A model generated the notes under the pieces. It did no database searches. It was not told where the DNA came from and saw only the letters and a program-made list of their open reading frames with translations. Shown piece after piece: positions 1-8,980 of a stretch of 11,983 bases of DNA. Every line of letters starts with the position of its first letter. Position 1 is the first letter of the stretch. Origin of the DNA: Paraspadella gotoi (lineage: Eukaryota; Animalia; Chaetognatha); NCBI GenBank assembly GCA_051294375.1, contig JBJCIZ010000708.1, positions 1-11,983 of the forward strand, read 5' to 3'. The position numbers were made by a program, and so were the translations under genes.

Positions 1-677
1 TTGAATAATTAATTAATAGATAACTAAATGAATTTATTGAATGAATAATTGATTGATTAATTAATCATTTATTAATTAATTAACTAATTGATTAATTAAC
101 TGATTAATTATTTTATTAATTAATACTTCTTGCATTTAAATTTAATATAAAAAGAAAAAGAAGCATAATCAATTAGTGAAACAGGTTTTTTGTTTTTTCC
201 TTTTAAACTCATTTCCATGAAGACGATTCCGCCGAAACCTGATTTCCAGCTTAATTACACACTTTCCTACCCACATAAAAAATTTCAAGTCAATCGCCCA
301 GTCCACTCATGAGTAATAGATGTTCAAACAGTAAAATATATTTTTTTGGTTTTTTCCATTTAAACTCATTTCCACTCGCACGATTCCATGGAAACTTCAT
401 ATCCAGCTTAATCACACACTTCCCTACCCACACAAAATTTCTTTCCAATCCATCCATCCAATCACGAGCAATTAGAGTTTTTTGATAAGGTGGGACGGAC
501 GGACAGACCGACAGACAGACGGACGGACGAACATCGTTTTTTTTCCATAATTTATCATAATTCAATGTTCTAACATGATACAAGTGAATGCCCGACAATA
601 TTGAGAGGGCGGACCGACGGAACGACAAAGTGAATTATAGAGTCGGGATCTGCTTATAAGCAGATCCGACGAAAAAA
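1..677. mobile_element. Non-autonomous Helentron/DINE-1 (HINE)-like element, left end outside the window
   Basis: AT-rich TAAT/TTAA repeat at 1-125. Two ~157-bp subrepeats starting AAACTCATTTCCA at 205 and 362. (GGAC/AGAC)n microsatellite at 493-529. Terminal palindrome GTCGGGATCTGCTTA-TAAGCAGATCCGAC (642-670) followed by an A-run. This layout is typical of HINE/DINE-1 elements. ORF 290..628 is spurious. Confidence 0.6.
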
Positions 678-1120
678 CACCATGAGCCAGAGCGCTAGAT
701 TAGCTGGTAAATAAGCCTGGGCCGGCAAGCCAAATAAAATAAAAATATATATTTGTACTAACTGTTATATAGGCTGACACAAATTTTTAATTTTTCTTAT
801 CTCTTTTAAATGCATAGTTAGATTTTTTTTAGTTGCGCCGCAAGTACTAAAACGATAAAGAATGTGTCATGAATACAAGGGCTAAGAAAGTTATTTAAGT
901 TAATGCTTGGCAAACTGGTAAGACATAACTATGCTTCTTGTGCATGTTTTTCATACTTGTGTACAATGTGTAGTCACATGACCAGTCATTGTCCACGCAA
1001 AACTACGGTCATGGAATCACAAAGTATATGTAGCATATTTCATGTAATGTCTGTGTATTGAACTAAGTTTGGAGAGATGGCTGTCTTTGACTTGCGGACT
1101 TTTTCGGACAAACTCTACGC

Positions 1121-1537
1121 CGAATTATGCAAGTTTACCAAATTATGCAAGTTTACAGAATTATGGCAAGTTTGACCAAATTAATGCAAGTTGACCAAAT
1201 TATGAAGTTGACCGAATTATGCAAGTTGACCAAAATTATGCAAGTTGACCAAATTATGCAAGTTTACCAAATTATGCAAGTTTACAGATAATGCAAGTTG
1301 ACCAAATTATGCAAGTTGACCAAATTATGATAAGTTGACCAATTATGCAAGTTGACCAAATTATGCAAGTTGACCAAATTATGCAAGTTGACCAATTATG
1401 CAAAGTTGACACAAATTATGCAAGTTGACGCAAACTTATGCAAGTTAACCACATTATGCCAGTTGACTAAATTATTCTAGTTGACTAAATTATTCTAGTT
1501 GACAAAATTACGCAAGTTGACCAAATTATGCAAGTTG
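1121..1537. repeat. 18-bp minisatellite, unit AAATTATGCAAGTTGACC, about 23 copies
   Basis: Directly visible tandem units with 1-nt indels and no unique spacers; more diverged units (TTATTCTAGTTGACT) near the right end. Confidence 0.95.
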
Positions 1538-1726
1538 GTATTGGCGCAACAACTGGTATTGATTGATCAATTGATATATAGATATTTCCATAAATTTATA
1601 AAAAAGTCTGTCATGATTTGTTATGATCTGTTTAGATCACAAATTGAAAGTCAGAAAGAATTATCGTGATTTACAGCAGATTAGCTTTTCGTATCATGGT
1701 GGACTAAAATCTTCCAACAGTTCATC

Positions 1727-1915
1727 AGCGACCATTGGTGCCGGAGGCAAGTCATTTGCCTCCCAACCCAAAGGTCAGGGGTTCTAGCCCGGTGGTCGCT
1801 TAGCAGTTAAGAGGGATGTAACATGGTGTTACAGCCTGATCCGAAGCTCAGGGACTGCTTATATTGAACGGTTCTGTCATTAACGCATAACAATTATCGC
1901 TGTCTCTTCAATATG
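1727..1915 (+). mobile_element. tRNA-derived SINE-like element (head 1727-1800, Gly-like CCC loop) with structured body
   Basis: 8-bp acceptor-like stem AGCGACCA(1727-34)/TGGTCGCT(1793-1800) enclosing 74 nt in total. A-box-like TGGTGCCGGAGG and B-box-like GGTTCTAGCCC(1780-90). D and anticodon arms are imperfect, so not a functional tRNA. 3' boundary uncertain. Confidence 0.65.
1802..1859 (+). ncRNA. Partial twister-ribozyme-like motif in SINE body
   Basis: Outer stem AGCAGT/ACTGCT; GAGGG(1811-15); hairpin TGTAACA-TGG-TGTTACA; G; CCTGA-TCCGAAGC-TCAGG, like twister P4/L4 (UCCCAAGC type). No recognisable P1/P2. Confidence 0.4.
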
Positions 1916-2129
1916 CAGATTGCAGATCCGACGTTGTTTGCTCAAACTTGTTTTTTTCTTTAGATGCCTGATTCTCCTTTTCTAAAAAACCTCTTTAAAA
2001 TACGGGGAAAAGGATGTCCTAATATTTTTGGGATCACAACGCCATCGAAAATAATCAAAATTATGGTAAAAATCTTAAGAGAAAATCAAAGTTTTTTTAA
2101 TTGTGCAATGAATTTTTATTTATTCAAAT

Positions 2130-2172
2130 ACGGACATGTTTCGGCTTGTAGTGTTCAAGCCTTCATCAGCGT
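2130..2172 (-). ncRNA. Minimal type I hammerhead ribozyme of PLE
   Basis: Minus strand reads ACG-CUGAUGA-A-GGCUUG-AACACUA-CAAGCC-GAAACAUGUC-CGU. Complete core, perfect 6-bp stem II, palindromic ACAUGU stem III, GUC triplet, 3-bp stem I ACG/CGU. Confidence 0.88.
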
Positions 2173-2627
2173 CTATAACATTTTTGAAATATTGAAAATT
2201 TTTTGTGCAGAAGAAGAGTGTGAGAGAGAGAGAGGGTAAAAGTTTTCCAACAAAGTGGTGAGACAGAATAGTGGCCAGATGTGGGGACAGGATGAAGGTG
2301 AGGACAGATTGAGTGAGTTGTGAAAAAGAAGTGAAACTAGTTAGAGAGAGAGAGAATGAGAGAGAGAGAAACAACAGGGATATATAAATAATAAAGATAC
2401 ATTGTGCAATGTACAACAGAGAATATAATAATTTGAAAAACTAAATGTTAGTGAAATTTAACAATTAACTAAAGAATAAATATGTGATAAGCTAAGGGAT
2501 AGAAAGTGAAATGTGAAATTTGAAATGTGAAAGAAAGTTGTTTTAGTATTCAAGTGATAAATAAGTGATTAGGAAAGTGAAATTCAAGGATTAAGAAAGA
2601 GCTCAAATTGAGCTGGCCCCCCTTGGT

Positions 2628-3173
2628 TTATGCAAATGAAGGACATTGACGAAGGTGACGGGTCATTGGCGCGTCAATGGTTGAGAGGAGAGTAAATGCC
2701 GCATTGGGGATTGTACCAGGAGGAAAGATCCCCAGGGCCACTCTTATATCTCTTTGGCCTGATACGCCTGCCGGCTGCCCTCTTCTCGCCTGCTGGCGAG
2801 GCGGGCGGTTGTCCATTCTTGCCGCTTTTGCGACAGGAGTGACGGACTCCTCTCCCTCCTCCTGAAGCTGTTATTGCTGAGTTGCTTCATCTGAGTGAGA
2901 GGCATCGTTTGTCCATTGCCTGCGCAAGGGTCTCCACCTGTCTCGTTGAGTATAGATAGGGTAATCATTGTGCGGGTGTGGTGGCGGCGGGGCCTCCACC
3001 ACGCTTTTGATAAGCGTATCATAGCTTGGAGGGAGGTCGAATCGTCCTCCATCACGGTTCAAAGAGGGCTCGAGAGCTTTGATGTAAATTGCTTCTCTAA
3101 TACCTCTTGAAAACCAGTTTTGGTCATGGGACAGCACGAGACAGTCTGACTCCCTGAACAGATGGCCTGTACA
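2628..3173 (-). pseudogene. PLE ORF 3' fragment: GIY-YIG endonuclease C-terminus plus low-complexity extension
   Basis: CTGHLFRESDCLVLSHDQNWFSRGIREAIYIKALEPSLNRDGGRFDLPPSYDTLI matches the PLE endonuclease pattern GH.F...v.iL....W..R.ikEAi.I....P.LNRD.G...L...Y. ORFs 2871..3137 and 2628..2816 share a frame, separated by one TAA at 2871-73. Confidence 0.85.
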
Positions 3174-3269
3174 GATGGTAAAAATCTTAAAGGAAGAATA
3201 AATAAATTCAGCCTAATCATAGCACAGTCTCTCACGAGTCAAAGTTCAACTGACAGAAAAAAAAGTGAC

Positions 3270-3400
3270 AGAGCAAAAGAGAGAGAGAGTCATAGAGAGA
3301 GAAAGATAGGGAGAGTGAGAGAGAGAGAGAGAAGCGAATGAAGGAAAGAAAGGGAGAGGTAATAAAAGAAGAAATAAACAGAGAGATAGAAAAAAATACG
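3270..3400. repeat. GA-rich microsatellite / purine tract
   Basis: Imperfect (GA)n; similar tracts at 2220-2235, 2343-2370, 4860-4880 and (CT)n at 5486-5525. Confidence 0.8.
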
Positions 3401-4454
3401 AGAAAACTTAGACAACCTCAGCAAAATTTAAAATTACCTGAATTTCTTAGGACGTCTCACTATTAAATCTGTATAATTAGGTAAAATTATTACTACGTCT
3501 TTGATTTTTTCAGGCAATAAAATACTACTAATTCTAATATACCTTACAAAATTTGAGTTGAAAATTCGCGTTATTGCAGTTTTTAGAAAGGTTTAAAAAA
3601 TAGGTGTTTTTAGCATTTTTAGGGCTTTTTTGGGTCTGTATTTCTTTCATGGGTTATCCAAATTTAAAATTTTTTTATATATTTGTAATCAGTAACATTT
3701 CACCAATAGTTTGGCATAAATTTTTTTTAAAAAAATATTATTTATCAAAAAATCATATTTTGTAGTAATATATTAAAAATCACTATTTAGTTAAATAATA
3801 AAAAATTATAATTTGATTACAGGAATAAAATTGCCTATCAATCAACTATTAATTTCTATAATAAAAAGTGAACTTAAAATAAAAAATAAATAATAAGCTA
3901 ATTATTATAATTAGCAACTATGCATAAATTAATAAAAAAAATTTTTTTATTCAGTCTAACACTTTACCATTAGACAAGTAATGTTAGATTAATTTTTAGT
4001 GAGAAAAAAAATTATATCGTTCAAGTATTTTGAGCAGAGTATGCAAATTAAATTTTTGTTTAAAAATAATGCTCAAAACAAAACTTCAAATTTTTTTTTG
4101 AAATATAGAATGGGGAATAGACCATACCGAGTTCCATCCCACACATGCATATCAAGTCATTCCATTCATTATTATAGAAGATATAGCTTCCCTGGACTTA
4201 TGAAGGAAAGCCAAGACCGGTACTGTATCAAGTTCGAAATAAATAAATATATAAATAAATATATAAACAAATAAATTTATAAATAATATATAAATGAATA
4301 AAAAATAAATAAACTGTTACGATAGTAGAAATAATTACAAAAATTAACTAGCATCATTCTTTCAACTCGCATCATTCTTTCACTTAATTAATTAAAACAT
4401 TCATGAGTAAGCATAAATAATAAAAATTCTAGTCAACTTGACTTCGATTTTTTT

Positions 4455-4772
4455 CATGCAAACTCATTTCCACTCCTAGATTCCCATCGAAACTTTATAT
4501 CGTGCTCAATCACACACTTTCCTACCCACACAAAACTTAATTTCAATCCATCCATCCAATTATGATTAATTCGATTAATTATGGCTAAAATTTTAAAAGA
4601 TTCAAATAAAGTGATTATGTTTTTTCCATTTAAACTCATTCCACTCGCACGATTCCATCGAAACTTCCATCATGCAACTTCTAACCACACAAATTTCATT
4701 CCAATCCATCCATCCATCCATCACGAAGAATTGGAGCTTTTTGCTAAGGCGGGACAGACAGACGGATGGACA
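4455..4772. mobile_element. Second, partial copy of the HINE-like element at 1-677 (same orientation)
   Basis: Subrepeats AAACTCATT(T)CCACTC at 4460 and 4632; CACACACTTTCCTACCCACACAAAA and CAATCCATCCATCCA shared with 205-480; ends in GGGACAGACAGACGGATGGACAT, like 492-535. Confidence 0.8.
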
Positions 4773-4859
4773 TAGAGTCTACATAGCAAGTAGAATATAC
4801 TGGCTTGCTCATGGCGTTACGGTAAATCCTCAAATGACATGTTTCAATTCTGTGTTGCG

Positions 4860-5680
4860 AGAGAGAGAGAGAGAAAGAGATATATATATATAAAATGGTT
4901 GCCAACAAAGAACTAAGAAAATAAAATAAGTTTTGAAAACCAAAATGGTGAAAATGAAATTATGAAATTGTGAATAGTTGCCTCACTTTCTGACTGATTT
5001 TAAAAATGGCGACAAAAAAGATTCAAAAATTGTTTATTACAGTTTAAAATGGGCAACAAGGGAGTAAAAGCATTTAATTTGTTTATAAACAAGCGCAAAT
5101 AAAACAAAATATTGGTTAAAAATATAAACGGTCCTAAAACCATTCGAAGTTGGAGGCAACTGCCGGACAGTAATATCGAGTTGATGCTGTTTGGATCAGG
5201 GATAAATTCTTTAGGGAAAATACTACACAAATGTCCATTGAGCCTGTTGCACCTGCCAAGAGCCTTCTTCTCACCTTGGGCAGTCATTGTTGTGGCTTCT
5301 TTTGCAACAGGAGTGACGGACTCCTCTTCCTCTATCTAAAGTATTCTTTTTGAGGGACGCCCGTTCGTGGAGACAAACTGAGTTGCTTCAGTAGGGTTGA
5401 CCTTATTTTGCTTCCCTTAACTCTATCTCATCTCTTCTTACGCCCCATCCACTCTCCATTCTCAGTTCTTTGTTGGAAACCGTTATCTCTCTCTCTCTCT
5501 CCCTCTCTCTCTTTCTCTCTCTCTATCTGTTTTTCTCATCAAATATTTGGTAAAAATCTAATTTTAGTTTTGGCTGATGAAAACTCACCAACATAGATCT
5601 GAAACATGTCTGGTGTTTGAAACCCAAAAATTGTTGTTTGTATACAATAAATTATAAAAACTTTTGTTTTCCTTAAATTT
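4860..5680. mobile_element. Decayed second PLE copy with inversion (4860-5395 minus, ~5405-5680 plus)
   Basis: TTTTGCRACAGGAGTGACGGACTCCTCT and CTGAGTTGCTTCA are shared with 2826-2889 in the same orientation. 5468-5680 matches the reverse complement of 2075-2255: CTTTGTTGGAAA, (CT)n, GCTGATGAA...GAAACATGTC, AAAACTTT...CTTAA. Confidence 0.75.
5571..5613 (+). ncRNA. Degenerate hammerhead ribozyme homologue
   Basis: CTGATGA(5574-80) and GAAACATGTC(5601-10), with the same 20-nt spacing and flanks as the 2130-2172 hammerhead; stems I and II no longer pair well. Confidence 0.6.
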
Positions 5681-5969
5681 CAAACGCAGTGAAAGGAAAG
5701 CCAAAATACAATTATTATTATTTTATATGAATGTTATTATTGATTTATTGTATTTTATGATACAATATGAGCAAAATATTTTTTGTATTCGATAATCATG
5801 CTATCTCACGTCTAAATATCCTTGTTTGTTTACTGAAATACATTTTTTTTGCCCAAGAGTAGAGCCAAACTTGGTCAATGGGGTGGGTCAGAAGTTTGAT
5901 TTGGGAACATTTCCAAATGAAACTTCATACATTTCTAAGAAAACTTTCAATGGACCAAAATTTTCTAAA

Positions 5970-6380
5970 ATGGCTAGAAGCATTAGTAATTAATTTTTTA
6001 ATATTTATTTATAGATAGGAAATGTCAAAAATTTGTTTTTAAATTTTGTATTTTTAAAAGCAGATTCAAATAGCTTATAAAAAGTTGTCTACACAAAGTA
6101 TAATTCTTTTTTCAATATTTTGATGATAAGTGGGTCAAAACTGGGAAAAACCTTAAAAAATCATCATCATCATCATCATCATCATCCGATTATTTTAGCA
6201 GTTTTTACTAATTTTAAGTAATAAAACATCAGAATTTTAAAAAGATGTAATTATATTTTTTGCTTAACTTTTTAAGCTCTATCAGAATCAATTAAAAAAA
6301 CTTAAAATATCCAAAAAAAATTTTTGACATTATATAGCAATATAATAATATTAATTAGTGAATTACTCATGGTTCGGAAC
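5970..6380. mobile_element. Degenerate foldback/MITE remnant with central (CAT)n
   Basis: Imperfect inverted repeat 6021-6105 vs 6249-6331, including perfect AATGTCAAAAATTT/AAATTTTTGACATT, extending loosely outward; (CAT)n at about 6162-6186. Confidence 0.55.
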
Positions 6381-7799
6381 ATTTTTGCAAAAAAATATTT
6401 TAATACAATAATTAATACCAATAATGGATTAGTTTAATGCTGTTCCCATTAAAATTTGAATTTAGTCGGCTACCGCTACCAAGAGCTCCATTCTAATAAA
6501 GACAGCTTCTGTCAGCTTATGTCAATTTAAACTTAATTCCCATGATTTTTAATTATTATTTCCAATTTTTTAAATTATTATTATTACCATTAGTAGTATT
6601 ATTATTATTATTATTATTTTCAATTATTTCTAATTATTATATTTTAATGAACAAAAATTAGTATGATAGTCATTGAAGTTCGTCTTTTGTTCAAAGAAAA
6701 AAATAATTTTTATAAAAATCATTGAGAATTTGCACTTTTTTCCATCGATGCCCCCTTACTGCGGCTCCTGAAGCAGCGAACTAAATAATAATGATAATAA
6801 TAATAACAATAATTTGTTAGATTATCAGAATAATAAAATATAATGAAAATCTTACTTTTTGTTGCATTTAAAATTAATTTCATTAAAATTGGAACAATTA
6901 AAACACTTATAGGCTGAAAACCTTACTTCCGGTTAAGGCCACGCCCCATCATAACAAGATATTTTTTAAATTTAATAAAACAAAAAAAGGAGAAGAAGCT
7001 ACTGGTGTTTTTTAACTATTATTGTTGAAAAATTCTTATGTTATAGCAGATTAAACATCTTTCTTTAAAACTTAATATCATTTTGCGCTATATTTTTTTT
7101 GCATCAGTACTTATTCATTTTGACGCTCTGTTGGGTTTATTAGCAAAAACATTTTTTGCTCAAACAGGTTTCCAAAATGAATTTAAGATAAGAAATAATG
7201 TAGAACCAAGTTCCTATAGTCGATCCCAAACCTTTCTTCATAATATTTTTATATTTTTGGATAGAGAAAGACTGGAATAATGTAAATCTTAAGTTACATC
7301 TAAATTGGCCAATGGGTTTAGAAGAAATCGACCAAAAACAACCAAAATTCCTCCCCCTTTTTTCAACATTCTCGCCTTTTAAGATTTTCGCCGATTCTGA
7401 CTTTCTCTTACAAACTTATAATTCCGCTAGTTAATTTTTTTTTCTAAAACGAGCGAAGGGAATCCACAACTTTCTGTTATTTTATGATTTCTGGGTAAAA
7501 AATATAATAAATTACATTAACATTGGGATATTATGAAAGTGTAATATCTTATGAAGCCTGTGAGAGTTAAATAATTAAAAAAAATGCTTATTTTATTATT
7601 GAAAAATAACATCAAAGTGAAGAAGTTAAATGTCTTCTGGTTCCTTTCAGTAAACATCCCTGTTCTCTTCAATAAGATAATGTTTACTTTTTGCTGGTGG
7701 AAAAGAAAGATAAATACTTAGGCTGTGATGGGGTAAATGATATTTTGTAGAATTTTGTAAGCATGCTTGTAAAATCAGACAAGCAAATATTTAAGTGCA

Positions 7800-7971
7800 A
7801 AAAAATTCACATTTTCTTTATCCAAAAAACTTTAAAGTTTTACTAGAGTACAATTTAGCTTTTTTTTCTTTCAGAATCATTAAAAAGAATTTAATTTTCA
7901 TTTATTCTTATGGGGTGTCAGTAGTTTTAAAATTCATTATGATTTTGACTTAGTTTGACACTCACCCTGTA
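7800..7971. mobile_element. Solo end of a Tc1/mariner-type MITE
   Basis: Ends TTTGACACTCACCCTG+TA (reverse complement TA|CAGGGTG), a typical Tc1/mariner-type terminus; partner TIR not found and left boundary is a guess. Confidence 0.35.
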
Positions 7972-8719
7972 AGGAGTTTTCAGCATAAGTAATTCTAAAA
8001 TTGTATCTTGTATGTGCCCTATGATTATGGCTTCATTTATGTACTATTGCCATCCCTTTATCTTTATTCCTTCAAAAGATATTAGGAAAAATCAGTTTTT
8101 TTCTAAACCTTCCATTTAATTTCTTTTTAAATAAAAATTTCGCGATTCAAACCGGACTATTTCATTTAAACCTGATCATTTTAAGTCAAAATCTTTATAT
8201 AATGAAAAAAGAAAAATAGGACAAGCTCTTCAGACACAAAGCTATCGGAATCGCGAAATTCGAAGTCGCTCATGTAACAGGAACATATAGCAATCCCGTT
8301 TGCAATTTTAAGTTTGTAAACTTTCCCTTTCATTTCTATAGTAAAAATGAGGTTTGAAAATTCTCTGAAGATGAGGAGTGCTTATTTTTTATTTATTATT
8401 TATTAATAATTATAGCTAACAAACAGTTAATAAAATTTAAAATTTGTAAATAAAGTTACTGAAATATTTATATGGGACTTTATTTTCATATTATGTAAGC
8501 TAAATATAGCTTTTATAAAATTTTAATTTCTTATTTTAATTTCTTATACTCTGCAACGTTTGTTGCATTTGAATAGTACCTTATGTGCTGCAAAAATCGC
8601 CATTGTCGACAAAGAAGATGAAACTATACAAAAAAATGATTATCAACATCGAATTCTACAGACTTGATTACACTAAAATAGCTATGTACCTTATTCGATT
8701 TGTTATTTTTTGTTATTTT

Positions 8720-8980
8720 TAAACGCCCTACCGACGAGTTCCATAACAACCGGAGATGATGAGCCTAGAGCAAGTACAGAACAGGATCTTCGTTCCTCTC
8801 TCAATCGCAACTTAAGCTACCGACCGCGTGCGCTGTCGTCTGAGGAGGGGGGGACGCATCGCAGAGGAATCAAGACTCCAGAATTGAAATCGGATTGGCG
8901 ACTCGGGTAAAATCCGCCGGAAGTAGAATGGAACATTCTCATTGGCCAATGAACAAATGGCACCAGCCAATGAACAAAAA
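8720..8980. promoter_or_regulatory. CpG-rich patch with promoter-like motifs
   Basis: GC/CpG-rich island in AT-rich DNA. ETS motif CCGGAAGT at 8917-24; CCAAT/ATTGG boxes at 8894, 8941, 8946 and 8967; direct repeat GCCAATGAACAAA at 8945 and 8966. Confidence 0.4.

Larger units (their letters stand above)
2079..3174 (-). mobile_element. 5'-truncated Penelope-like retroelement (PLE)
   Basis: GIY-YIG C-terminal fragment at its 5' end, hammerhead at its 3' end, bounded by an exact 16-bp direct repeat ATGGTAAAAATCTTAA (2063-2078 and 3175-3190). Confidence 0.85.

Noticed and set aside
712-732. GCCTGG...CAAGCC resembling twister P4
   Set aside because: No closing CCAGG arm and none of the other elements.
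1121-1537. CRISPR array
   Set aside because: Contiguous tandem units with no unique spacers, no cas genes, eukaryotic context.
1675-1732. Third hammerhead on the minus strand (CTGATGAA...GAAAAGCT)
   Set aside because: Stem II does not close next to GAAA; no usable UH site or stem I.
1727-1800. Functional tRNA-Gly gene
   Set aside because: Anticodon and T stems mispair, T-loop is TTCTAG, and no oligo-T terminator follows; better read as a SINE head.
3999-4893. Short ORFs here and at 290, 1964, 2120, 5408, 7083, 9163 and 10328
   Set aside because: Low-complexity translations of repeats and microsatellites with no recognisable domains.
6660-6950. ETS/GC-box motifs (ACTTCCGG, GGCCACGCCCC) with tiny minus-strand exons (MQQK|FAASGAA)
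   Set aside because: Too short to support; these motifs are also common in non-autonomous DNA elements.
8835-8902. Hammerhead (CTGAGGA...GAAATCGGATT), or C/D snoRNA using ATGATGA at 8756 and CTGA at 8840
   Set aside because: Stem II cannot form properly; no terminal stem or recognisable guide for a snoRNA.
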